A DNA stretch of 64,000 nt, taken from assembly GCF_964204645.1 (NCBI RefSeq), contig NC_134033.1:8378655-8442654 (forward strand), written 5' to 3'. Origin of the DNA: Tubulanus polymorphus (Eukaryota; Animalia; Nemertea). The notes under the pieces were generated by a model, which had not been told where the DNA came from, ran no database searches, and worked only from the letters and a program-made list of their open reading frames with translations. This document shows, piece after piece, positions 39,747-52,391 of the stretch (within the stretch, counting starts at the first letter, position 1; every line of letters begins with the position of its first letter). Both the position numbers and the translations under genes were made by a program.

Positions 39747-42700
39747 TAACCATAAGGTAATGTTTTTATACCATCATCTAAAATATGCCTTTTATCATCA
39801 AATGGATTCAAACTAGTTTTTTCAACTTCATTAATGTACATCTCGTGATCTTGTGATCTTAAACAATTCATTTTGTGTTTCATTACAATTGAGTTATATA
39901 AACACTTTATATAATCTTGAAATTCTATATGTTTATCAACCACATGTTTTGTTATTCCTTTTAACTTTTTAGCTTCATGATCTTTTGTTCTATAACTATA
40001 CAATTTACTTCTTATCCCGACAAATTCAATCATTTCATCACCCCCTAATTCATCTTTAAATTTACCAGGAATCTTTTCATTATCATTGCTAAATAGTTCA
40101 TGATCTTTAGGATAATTGCTAAAATCGAAATGATGTTTTAATGTTTTTAAGTCTTTTGTTATGTCATTTGTCTTGATTTTTAGTATGTAGGCGTCAGTAT
40201 TTTTGGCTATTAATGGAAATCCACAGTTAAATGTACCATGTTCAGTTGATAAATCATAAACATAATCTGTTGGGTTATATATTTCAAATAAATCTTTAAC
40301 TTCTTCTGTTAACTCATTTTCTACATGGCTTAAATTAAAACAATTTGGTTTAGATTTAATCAATCCAATATTCATATTAAAACCTAATGAATTGCATAAT
40401 ATATTTAATCCTGATATAGCAACTTTTCCTTTTTGAGCTAAAGATATAGTTTTGCGGTTTTTGAAACTTTTAGTACCATCTGCTGCGTAGAATCCAATGA
40501 AGAACCATTTTCTTAAATTATTTTTTGCATTTAATACATAATCTGGAACTATCTTTTCTTTAGTTGAAGTATTACTTTTCACTATTGCATGAATATAGAA
40601 TTCGTCATTATATTTTATAGCAAAATCTTTAGGATTATTCACATGTATTCTATAACATTGCGATGATTTCATAACATCTATGATTTTAAATGTTTTATGT
40701 GAATAAACTTCTTCACAGAATTTCTTTATTCTTTCTAATAATTTCAAATCTTGATTGCATAAATACCAACAATATTGAGTGTGATAAAGATAATTATACA
40801 CACCTGCTGAACCATCACCCATGAAAAATCCTTTGATAAAATATTCTTTTTCTTCTAATGTTTCGGGTTCTATATTATAAATATTATCAATAATTTCATC
40901 GAATGACATATGATTCATTCTTTGGAAAAATCTTTTATGTAATAATTCATCTCCAATTTTTATATCAGTTGGTTTTATTTCATCGCCATTTCGTTTAATT
41001 AAACTATGATCTTCTGTAACATCTACAAACCCTAATTTAGTTCTAACTCTATAGATTTTCTTATTTGTTTTATGCCTAATAATATTCTTTAATTTTTTCC
41101 ATCCATTTCTTGTCCAAACATCCATTAAGCCATTTATTTGTATTAATTCTTTTTCACCATATGAAATATAACATTCATTTTGTTTTGGAATTATTTCTGA
41201 AATTCTTCTTATCAATATTTTATCATTACATTTTAATAATATTGGGGTGTCAGCTGTTACAGAATCAAAATATAATATTTCAATATGCTTTTCCCCAAAA
41301 AGTGGTTGTAAAACATTATAATAAAAATCATACATTAATAATTTTGATACTTCTAAAACAGTTGAACCAATGAATATAGGTTTATTAAATTTCATTGACG
41401 TTCTTTTTAATTTAACTGCTGTTAAATAATCTTCAAATCTTTTATTTCCCAAATGTCTAGGACTTGATTGTAAATGTCTTAATCTTTCAGAATTATTTAC
41501 TAATTCAATATCATTTCTATTTCTAATATTTTCACATGTTTTACCATAAAAACTATTATTCATTAATTTAAAGAAATCTTTTTCAAAATCTGTTTTTGAT
41601 ATGGTTCTCTGTTGAGTATTAAAATCTATATATTTTTCTAACCACTTCGATTGATTAAATTCAATATATCTATGTACTTTCTTTAATTTCATTCCTTGTT
41701 TTAGATAAAATTTTAACATTCTATAATGAACAATGTAATTGTATTTATTATTTTGAGTAAGTATTAATTTTTCTGTAAAATTATGATCTTTCGGTTTTAT
41801 TTTCTTCTTTCTTCTGGTATTCACTTAAATAACTATCATCTACGACTAAATGTTCTGGGCAATAAGGTAAGTTTCTTGTTTTAAACTTTATATTTTCAGG
41901 ATATTCTAAATCAACTACAAAGAAATAACCAATTGGTGCTTCATCTTTTAAACTCGCAATTGCGCTTTCCCAATCAGTTTTATCACCATTTTCAACTTCT
42001 GTTAATATAAAATTTTTATATGGTTGAGGTTGCATCATTGCCCAGCCATATAAATTATTGGCGTCAATATATAATAATTTATATTCATCATTTGCTTTAA
42101 AATATCTATCTCCCATAACACCACTAATTCCACCTCTAATTGATTTTTCAAATTATAAAACAATATCTATATTTGTTAACAAATCCATTTTTGTATCTGT
42201 AAATTTTAAACCACATTGCCAGGTTAAACCAGGACTAGAGTAGCAATAGCAGGGATCAACATTAAAATGATTCAAATTGACTTCTCTAAATTTTTCAAAT
42301 ATATCGGCTAATATCATAACATCTGATTTTAAGTAAAGATCAACTAATTCACCATGATTTTTAAAATTGAAATGATTCCATATATTCAATGTTTTATGAA
42401 AAACTTCATCTTTCACGTACTCATTTTTTAATTGATCATAAAATTGTTCTTTCATTAATTTTGTTTCTTTGAAATCATCATGCGTTTTATAAAATGAGTA
42501 AGGTATTGCGCCTTTATTTCTCAATAATTTAAAATCTTGTTCATTTGGATAATAATATCGAGTTATTATAAAATCATTATCAACTAAACTTTTTGATAAA
42601 TTATCTAATGAACTTGCTAGAAATCTATAAGAATCTAAAAATCTAATGCAACCAAATTGAAATGAAATATAATTTTCAGATGTTTTAGCTAATAGTTTAA

Positions 42701-43613
42701 AATCATATTTTCTTACATTTACACCATTCATAGCATTATATTCTTCTATTTCTTGATTAATTGCGCCCGATATTCCCGATAATTGTTTTATAAATAGATG
42801 GGCATCATAGCCTGATAAATCATGAAATAATATTGGAACGAAATTTACTTTTTTTAGCTTGTAAATTACAATCTTCATGAGCAGCTCCATGATATTTTGA
42901 ATTTAAATGATCATGATCTCTAACTTTTTTATCAAATGAATAAAAACGTTTTTCACAATAACAACAATGGGTTGCATAATTAAAATCAATTTCATCTTCT
43001 TTTGTCATAACTATTCTTTTATTTTTGTTTAATAATTCTGCAAAATCACTTTCTAATTCAATTATTTTGTTACAAAAATTATTAACTACATCTTCACCTC
43101 TAAAAGAAATATATTGACTTTCATATAATTCAGGATAATTTGATTTTATGTAAATTCCATAAGCAGCAGCTCTTTGATGAACTTTTTTAATTGTATTTAT
43201 AATTGGCGGGTCTTGAATTATATCTTCATTTAGTTCATTTCCTTTATCCATTGATTTAATAATTGCTTTTTGTTGTATATTTCTTTTCTATCTTGATTAG
43301 TTAATTCTTTATTCAACGATTCAAAATCCCCATAAATTACAAATGGAACAATATTTTTAAATTTACGATTAGTAAATCTCAATTTATAATCTTTTTCTGT
43401 TGGCATTATTAATTTACAAAAATCTTTATTATCACATAATTCTTCATGTTTTAATAATGTATTCTCAGTCATTAATTTAGATAAACATTTTCAACATAGA
43501 TAAATTTTATTATGGTGATCGCTTTCTGTTCTAAAGAATAAATCAATTTGTTTTAACCACATATAATGTTCATTTTCATCTTTTTTTTAAATATAACAAA
43601 TCTATAGCATTTT
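39743..43613 (-). pseudogene. Element A pPolB, 3' part (exonuclease, EndoVII/HNH-like insert, palm) containing an intein
   Basis: YGDFES, CCYC...VRDHDHL...GAAH..CNL, HDLSGYDAH, FLDSYRF, YLKSDV, YIDANNLYG.AM, KLMNNSFYGK, YFD[intein]TDA, PGKFKDE and KKLKGI. Confidence 0.93.
40199..41263 (-). mobile_element. Intein (355 aa) with LAGLIDADG homing endonuclease in element A pPolB, reading frame intact
   Basis: Block A SVTADTP, block B DVTEDH, LAGLIDADG helices FIKGFFMGDG and FFIGFYAADG, block F YVYDLST, block G IAKN/T. Splits YFD|TDA. Confidence 0.93.
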
Positions 43614-43698
43614 AGTAATTAGAAGATGGCGTTTTCATACCAGAGTACTAGAGTACTAGACACCACTCATCACCACAAGTAATTTTTTTTCCTAATAA

Positions 43699-46600
43699 AT
43701 GGGGGAGAATGAACACCAGCCAGAAAACAATAATGTTAATGAAAATCAATATCATTGTCCATATTGTAAAAAATACATTAATAAATCTAATAAATCTCAT
43801 CATGAAAAATCTGCAAATCATATAAAAAATATAATAGATTTTAAAACTCCAGAAAATTCCAATGAAAGAAAAGAACGATTAGAAAATATGAATGTGGATG
43901 AAATAAAATGTGAAGTTTGTAATGAATTTATAGTAAAAAGGAATTATAAAAGACATATCAAATCACAAAAACACCATCAAAATTTGAGTAATGATATTTT
44001 AGGAATAGATTATTTCGATGATAAACCTCAACAAGTAAAAAAACCAACTTCAAAAACTAAATCCATTTCAAATAAACCTTACATGGAAAATGTTAGAAAT
44101 TATATTGATTCACTAGAAATAAAAGATACAATTGAAATTTTAGAAACATTACATTCTAAAATTGGTCCTGCGGCTATTATATTTAGATTCTTTAAAGGAA
44201 CAACAATAGAAGATTATAGTAAATTTAATGAAATAATAGAAAAAATACTAGTTTTGATAACAGATGTTGAATATCCAAAAATTAATATCTCTGGGTAAGT
44301 AAGTTTTATAAAGTCAGAAGATAAAATGGATTATAGTATTCAAACACTCTCTGAAGAAATAATTTCAAAAACGCAAATAAAAGAGAAGTTAGAAAAAATA
44401 TTTAATGAATTTAAACGTCATATTGAAGAGAGATATTTAAAGGGTTCTGGTTTAACACTGAATGGAATTATATTTTTAGATTTAAATGTTTATAATACAA
44501 AAAGGAATAAAACATCAAAAAGTAAAACAATGTTTAAAAATGACTCAAACTTTACAACAGAAAAGGATATTAAAGCATCAAGTTATATTAAATTACCATT
44601 TACAACAAAAGCAGTAATAAATGTTCAAAATGAAGATAATAAATGTTTTCTATGGTCAATTATTAGTTGCTTACACCCAACAGAAGATATTACGCATAGT
44701 TTTAGAATAACAAATTACCGGAAATATGAAACATTAAATAAAATTGATCAATATCCAGTAACTATAAAAATGATACCCAAAATAGAAAAAATTAATAAGT
44801 TAAGAATAAATGTATTCGAATTAATGCAATTACCAAAGACAAAAGGTGAAAATATTAAAGATTATACATTGGAAGCTTTATATTTAACAGAATATTATGA
44901 TGATGAAAATGCTATAGATTTGTTATATTACAAAAAAGATGAATATGAACATTATATGTGGTTAAAACAAATTGATTTATTCTTTAGAACAGAAAGTGAT
45001 TTTAACAGTCATAAAATCTATCTATGTAGAAAATGTTTATCTAAATTTAGAACTGAGAATGCGTTACTAAAACATAAAGAATTATGTGATAATAAAGATT
45101 TTTGCAAATTAATAATGCCAACAGAAAAAGATTATAAATTGAAATTTACTACTCATAAATTTAAAAATATTGTTCCATTTGTAATTTATGGGGATTTTGA
45201 ATCGTTGAATAAAGAATTAACTGATCAAGATAGAAAAGAAATATATAACAAAAAGCAATTATTAAAATCAATGGATAAAGGAAATGAATTAAATGAAGAC
45301 ACAACACAAGACCCGCCAATTATAAATACAATTAAAAAAGTTCATCAAAGAGCTGCTGCATATGGAATTTATATAAAATCAAATTATCCCGAATTATATG
45401 AAAGTCAATATATTTCTTTTAGAGGTGAAGATGTAGTTAATGATTTTTGTAACAAAATGATTGAATTAGAAAGTGATTTTGCAAAATTATTAAACAAAAA
45501 TAAAAGAATATTTATGACAAAAGAAGATGAAATTGATTTTAAGTATGCAACTCATTGTTGTTATTGTGAAAAACGTTTTTATTCATTTGATAAAAAAGTT
45601 AGAGATCATGATCATTTAAATTAAAAAATATCGTGGAGCTGCTCATGAAGATTGTAATTTACATGCTAAAAAAGTAAATTTCGTACCAATATTATTTCAT
45701 AATTTATCAGGTTATGATACCCATCTATTTATAAAACAATTATCAAGGAAATTGGGCACAATTAATCAAGAAATAGAAGAATATAATGCTATGAATGGTG
45801 TAAATGTAAGAAAATATGATTTTAAACTATTAGCTAAAACATCTGAGAATTATATTTCATTTCAATTTGGTTGCATTAGATTTTTAGATTCTTATAGATT
45901 TCTAGCAAGTTCATTAGATAATTTATCAAAAAGTTTAGTTGATAATGATTTTATAATAACTCGATATTATTATCCAAATGACCAAGATTTTAAATTATTG
46001 AGATATAAAGGTGCAATTCCTTATTCATTTTATAAAACACACAATGATTTTAATGTAACAGAATTATTAAAAGATCAATTTTATGATCAATTAAAAGAGG
46101 AGTATGTGAAAGACGAAGTGTTTAATAGAACATTAAATATTTAGAACCATTTTAAGATGAAAAATCATGGGGAATTAGTTGATTTATATTTAAAATCAGA
46201 TGTTATGATATTGGCTGACATATTTGAAAAATTTAGAGAAGTTAATTTGAATCATTTTAATGTTGATCCTTGTTATTGCTACTCTAGTCCTGGTTTAACC
46301 TGGCAATGTGGTTTAAAATATACAAATGTAGAATTAGATTTATTAAAAGAACCAGATATGGTTTTATTATTTGAAAAATCATTTAGAGGTGGAATTAGTG
46401 GTGTTATGGGAGATAGATATTTTAAAGCAAATGATGAATATAAATTATTATATATTGACGCCAATAATTTATATGGTTGGGCAATGATGCAACCTCAACC
46501 ATATAAAAATTTTATATTAACAGAAGTTGAAAATGATGATAAAACTAATTGGGAAAGCGCAATTATGAGTTTAGAAGATGAAGCGCCAATTGGTTATTTC

Positions 46601-48767
46601 TTTGTAGTTGATTTAGAATATCCCGAAAATATAAAGTTTAAAACAAGAAACTTACCTTATTGCCCAGAACATTTAACCGTAGATGATAGTTATTTAAGTG
46701 AATACCAGAAGAAAATAAAACCGAAAGATCATGTTTTTACAGAAAAATTAATACTTACTCAAAATAATAAATACAATTACATTGTTCATTATAGAATGTT
46801 AAAATTTTATCTAAAACAAGGAATGAAATTAAAGAAAGTACATAGATATATTGAATTTAATCAATCGAAGTGGTTAGAAAAATATATAGATTTTAATACT
46901 CAACAGAGAACCATATCAAAAACAGATTTTGAAAAAGATTTCTTCAAATTAATGAACAATAGTTTTTATGGTAAAACATGTGAAAATATTAGAAATAGAA
47001 ATGATATTGAATTAGTAAATAATTCTGAAAGATTAAGACATTTACAATCAAGTCCTAGACATTTAGGAAATAAAAGATTTGAAGATTATTTAACAGCAGT
47101 TAAATTAAAAAGAACGTCAATGAAATTTGATAAACCTATATTCATTGGTTCAACTGTTTTAGAAGTATCAAAATTATTAATGTATGATTTTTATTATAAT
47201 GTTTTACAACCACTTTTTGGGGAAAAGCATATTGAAATATTATATTTTGATTCTGTAACAGCTGACACCCCAATATTATTAAAATGTAATGATAAAATAT
47301 TGATAAGAAGAATTTCAGAAATAATTCCAAAACAAAATGAATGTTATATTTCATATGGTGAAAAAGAATTAATACAAATAAATGGCTTAATGGATGTTTG
47401 GACAAGAAATGGATGGAAAAAATTAAAGAATATTATTAGGCATAAAACAAATAAGAAAATCTATAGAGTTAGAACTAAATTAGGGTTTGTAGATGTTACA
47501 GAAGACCATAGTTTAATTAAACGAAATGGTGATGAAATAAAACCACCTGATATAAAAATTGGAGATGAATTATTACATAAAAGATTTTTCCAAAGAATGA
47601 ATCATATGTCATTTGATGAAATAATTGATAATATTTATAACATAGAACCCGAAACATTAGAAGAAAAAGAATATTTTATCAAAGGATTTTTCATGGGTGA
47701 TGGTTCAGCAGGCGTGTATAATTATGTTTGGGGTAATAAATATTGTTGGTATTCATGCAATCAAGACTTAAAATTATTAGAAAGAATTAAGAAATTCTGT
47801 GAAGAAGTTTATTCACATAAAACATTCAAAATCATAGATGTTATGAAATCATCGCAATGTTATAGAATACATGTGAATAATCCTAAAGATTTTGCTATAA
47901 AATATAATGATGAATTCTATATTCATGCAATAGTGAAAAGTAATACTTCAACAAAAGAAAAGATAGTACCAGATTATGTATTAAATGCAAAAAATAATTT
48001 AAGAAAGTGGTTCTTCATTGGATTCTATGCCGCAGATGGCACTAAAAAATTTACAAAGGATAAAAAGATAACATTTGCACAGAAAGGAAAAGTATCAGGA
48101 TTAAATATATTATGCAGTTCATTAGGATTTAATATGAATATAGAATTAATTAAATCTAAACCAATTTGTTTTAATATAAGGCATGTAGAAAAAGAATTAA
48201 CAGAAGAAGTTAAAGATTTATTTGAAATATATAACCCAACAGATTATGTTTATGATTTATCAACAGATGATGGAACATTCAATTCTGGGTTCCCATCAAT
48301 CCAAAAAAAATACCGACAGTTACATACTAAAAATCAAGACAAATGACATAACAAAAGACTTAAAAACATTAAAACATCATTTTGATTTTAGCAATTATCC
48401 CAAAGATCATGAACTATTTAGCAATGATAATAAAAAGATTCCTGGTAAGTTTAAAGATGAATTAGGGGGTGATGAAATGATTGAATTTGTTGGGATAAGA
48501 AGTAAAATGTATAGTTACAGAACAAAAGATCATGAAGCTAAAAAGTTAAAAGGAATAACAAAATATGTGGTTGATAAACATATAGAATTTCAAGATTATA
48601 TAAAGTGTTTATATAACTCAATTGTAATGAAACATAAAATGAATTGTTTAAGATCAGAAGATCACGAGATGTACATTAATGAAGTTGAAAAAACTAGTTT
48701 GAATCCATTTGATGATAAAAGACATATTTCAGATGATGGTATAAAAACATTACCTTATGGCCATTAA
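43699..48767 (+). pseudogene. Element B pPolB (N-terminal zinc fingers, EndoVII/HNH insert, intein)
   Basis: Colinear ORFs 43699-44298, 44326-45624, 45752-46144, 46157-48346 and 48222-48767. Nonsense codons at 44296 and 46142; frameshifts near 45622 and 48303-48310. Confidence 0.93.
47252..48311 (+). mobile_element. Intein with LAGLIDADG endonuclease in element B pPolB
   Basis: YFD|SVTADTP ... KN|TDS with the same blocks as in A. One extra A in an A8 run just before the terminal Asn. Confidence 0.92.
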
Positions 48768-50073
48768 AACATAAAATCAATATCATCATACTCGAAATCA
48801 CTATTGGCTTCTTCATTTTCATTTAATTGTTCTTGTATAATTTGTTTAGGTTCTTCTTCCATTTCATTTTTCTCATTTAAATAAAGTTTTATCTTGTTCC
48901 ACATTTCATCTCGCTCTCTTTGTTTCTTTTTGTTTGTTAATTCGTCAAATGGAATTATAATATCTATGTTTGAATAATTTACAATCTGATTTAAAAAGAA
49001 TTCATAATTAATTGAATCTGTTATTCTATTTTCCAAATGATACATTAATATTTGTTTGAATATTTTTTTTATATTTTCCATATCTTCTTCTGTTAATTTA
49101 GGTTTTTCATAATAATCGTTAAATAATAAATATAAATACATTTTCTTTTGTTTTGTGTTAAATTTTGACGGAATAATTGTTTTTATAATATCTTTTTTAG
49201 TTATTTCACCATTTTTTTCTATTATTTTCATTTTTTCAAGCCATTGCATATATTCTGGTGTATGATCTTCTATAGAAAATATTTTAAAAATTTCATCTAG
49301 ATAATTTAATTTTGGATCTATGAGAAAATTTCTAGTTTTTTCTTCACCCCATAAATTCTTTTGCCATCCACAATCAACACAAAATAACACAGTACCTTCT
49401 TGTCTTAAGGTCGCGTAATTACATTGTGGACATTTTCGTTTATAATCTATTGGTAATAGATCTTTTCTTACGCCTTCTTTATGTTTTATTGTTCTATTAT
49501 GTAGATTTGAATTACTTGTTGTAATAATCAATTTACAATATTTACAATAATATGTTTTTCTTGTTAATTCATTATATTTTTTTTTCTAACTTTTCAACTG
49601 TTTCTTTATCTGGTAACGTTTTCTCATATTTTATTTTTTCTAATAAACTATTTTTTCTTTCATTGAATTCAGTTTCAAATTTATTAGAAATTTTATCTAT
49701 ATGTAATTTACGAAATTGATGATTCTCCCAATCTTCTATATTTTCAGGGCTATATTTTACTCGACAAGGCTCGCAGAAATGATCTTTTATATTATCCTTA
49801 TCATAGAATAAGAAAGGTCTTTTCCAAATACCTTCAGGTTCAACTTCAGCAGAATTACTATTACTTTCATTACTATCAACATTAGCCGTTGCACCATTAA
49901 TTTTACACTTCTCTGAATGTTTTTTAACATAATTTCTTGAGAATAATTTATTACATTTTGGACAGTTTAGTTTAGGGGGTTTATAATTTTCATCATGTTT
50001 TTTTCATATGTCGAGCCATATTACTTTTTCTTAGAAGTTCACCACAAATTTCACATGCTATCGTCTCATCCAT
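48764..50073 (-). pseudogene. Element B zinc finger / VLTF3-like fusion gene
   Basis: TAAATG start at 50073. ELTRKTYYCKYCKLIITT reads through into ORF 48764-49531 (CPQC...CVDC, KIFKQILMYHLEN, SINYEFFLNQI). Upstream frameshifts lie in T runs. Confidence 0.72.
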
Positions 50074-50131
50074 TTATTAGGGAAAAAAATTACTTGTGGT
50101 GATGAGTGGTAATTTTTTTATGTTATAAATA

Positions 50132-50886
50132 ATGGTAGAATTAAAAGAATACAGAAAATTTGTTGATTCTAGAAAACTTACAAATTATAAATCACATAAT
50201 TTACTAGTTCAATTAGATAGAGAATTTAAGAATTGTGAAGATTTAAAATTAGTTAATATAAGTTTATGTAACTCATTTTACAATATATCGGATAAAAGTT
50301 TTGATCATAGATTGTTTATGATTCATGATAAAAATATGGATAAATGGTATAATCTATTTCTAAGAACAGGATTATATAATTTAGAAACATTATCTCAAGA
50401 AATTAATAGAAGAGCTCGGCTAAAAGTGGGTGAATTTGTTGGGTTTAACATTAAATTTAATAAAATTGAAAGTACTAATAAAATAAGAATAAAGTTAACT
50501 AATGAACAATATAAATTCATAGTAAGAAAACCATTAGCTAAAATGCTAGGAGTTAATCCAAATAAAGTTTATTCAAATGTTGATACTACACCAAATATAA
50601 TACCTTTTACGCACTTCTATATTTATTGTAATTTAATTGATCCTACAAAAACATTCGAAGCAACTAAAGATACAATTTGTAATTCTGGTTTATTAAATAT
50701 TTTACTATTAAAAATGTCAAACAATTTGGAACTGAAATAAATTATAATTTAACTGAATGTGATTTCAAACCATGTATTCCACATTTTAATAATTTTAGAT
50801 TAGAAATAAGAAATCATAATGGTTATTTAATTGATTTGAATAACTTTCCTGTGATATATGAATTAGTTATAAGATGTAGAGAGTAA
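50132..50886 (+). pseudogene. Element B minor capsid (penton-like) protein, frameshift near 50712
   Basis: Homolog of A 37610-38365. Confidence 0.75.
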
Positions 50887-50902
50887 TTTTTTCATTATAT
50901 AA

Positions 50903-51243
50903 ATGAATATAACTGTTGGACCGAGTATATGTTTTGGGTTTGATTTTAAACGTGAGAAAGAAATGAAATTTAACATTAATGATGTAATTACACATATCAA
51001 AAATATTGCATTTTCTAATAAAACAACATTTAAGTATGAAAAAACAATAGATAAAGAAACTTTTAACGTAGAAAAGATTACTAATTTAATTAGAGAATCT
51101 TTAAGATTTTATGAATTAGATGAAGATTTTATCATCGATGATATCAAAAAATAATAATTGAAATATATACAAATGAAACTAGTAATGAAATAAATGTTGA
51201 ATTAATCATCACTAAGATAACTAAATATTTTGAAGATAGTAAT
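50903..51243 (+). pseudogene. Element B hypothetical protein
   Basis: ORF 50903-51154 plus a frameshifted tail; homolog in A. Confidence 0.6.
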
Positions 51244-51258
51244 TTTTTTGATAAATAA

Positions 51259-51479
51259 ATGAGTGATAATAAGTGGATAATAACTGGATTATATAATGGA
51301 GCATTACTATCAGTTGGAACTGTTGGTTATTCAATGGTATTAAAAAAGTATTCAAACTGGGAAGTGTTAATGATGATAGATTTGATATCAATGATATTTT
51401 AAAATTAACATTAGCATTTACTTTATCTAATTTAACTATTGATTATTTAGAAAAACAAAAATATATTCCTCCCATATAA
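51259..51479 (+). pseudogene. Element B small hydrophobic protein
   Basis: TAAATG start; homolog of A 36988-37207; frameshifted. Confidence 0.6.
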
Positions 51480-51503
51480 ATGCGTAATTATTTTACTAAA
51501 TAA

Positions 51504-51921
51504 ATGGCTTGTGCAATTATAACTATTATAGGATCGGCAATTGTTAACGCTTTAGCATTTACTGGTGGCGGTTATTTATTTAAGCATATTGATAAAAATA
51601 GTTCATTAGGAAAACAAAGAAGACATAATTTAGCATTAGAGAAATAAAGCAGCAGAAGAATACAGAGAAAAACGACAAAACTATATGGATTATATTAACA
51701 AGGAATTATATGATCAGAAGATTTCACATAGAGATTTTCAATCAGTTGATGATGCAATGAGTTTATATAACGCAGTAACCAATAAAGAAAAATTACATCT
51801 ATACAAACCAAAATTATCAGATTATTATACCCCAAGTAAAGAACAACAGAAATATGAAATAATTTGGATTTTAGGTGGAACAGTTATTGTTATATTTGTA
51901 GCATATAAATTTACTAATTAG
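51504..51921 (+). pseudogene. Element B conserved small protein (IVNALAFTGG)
   Basis: TAAATG start, small deletion near 51645, C-terminal TM segment. Confidence 0.7.
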
Positions 51922-51940
51922 TAATTTTTTTTCTAAATAA

Positions 51941-52375
51941 ATGGAAGATAAAGTTGATAGTATTGATATTATTCCTCATGATTTAAATAAAACTAAATTG
52001 AAAATATATTTAGAAAAACAAATATTAGAATTTGAAAGTGACTTAAAGATAAAAAAGAAAAAATATTTAAAAAGTAAAATTATATATTATTTGATTATAA
52101 GTGGTTCGGTTACAATTAGTTCTGTAATAACATTTCTAGCAATATTCAGTCCATTAACACCTTTAGCTATTTCAATTGGTGTATTAGGATTAAGTTCAAG
52201 TGTTTTAACTGGTATAAGTTCAAAATTAAATATAAAAAGTAATAAAGAGAAAATTAAAACTAATATAAAAGAAATTAATAAATTAAAGAATACACTAGAT
52301 TATATAATAAGTTTAAATGGTCATATAACAGTTGAAGAACAAGATAAATTATTAAAAGAATTAATAAATTATTAA
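51941..52375 (+). CDS. Element B two-TM hypothetical protein
   Basis: Intact 144 aa with a hydrophobic hairpin. Confidence 0.75.
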   Translation: MEDKVDSIDIIPHDLNKTKLKIYLEKQILEFESDLKIKKKKYLKSKIIYYLIISGSVTISSVITFLAIFSPLTPLAISIGVLGLSSSVLTGISSKLNIKSNKEKIKTNIKEINKLKNTLDYIISLNGHITVEEQDKLLKELINY

Positions 52376-52391
52376 TTTTTTAATTATATAA

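Noticed and set aside
40199-41263. Insert as a Hedgehog-type Hint domain or an intron-encoded endonuclease
   Set aside because: It is in frame within the YxDTD motif, has both splice-junction residue sets plus a central LAGLIDADG domain, and shows no intron features.
25075-47405. Antisense ORFs such as 25075-25527, 28832-29152, 33321-34067, 41110-41373 and 47142-47405
   Set aside because: They are shadows of real genes on the opposite strand, with no motifs and no TAAATG starts.
38434-50073. Contaminating or endogenous giant virus/poxvirus genome
   Set aside because: The NCLDV-like parts lie inside TIR/TSD-bounded Polintons with pPolB and rve integrase. No RNA polymerase or other NCLDV core genes are present.
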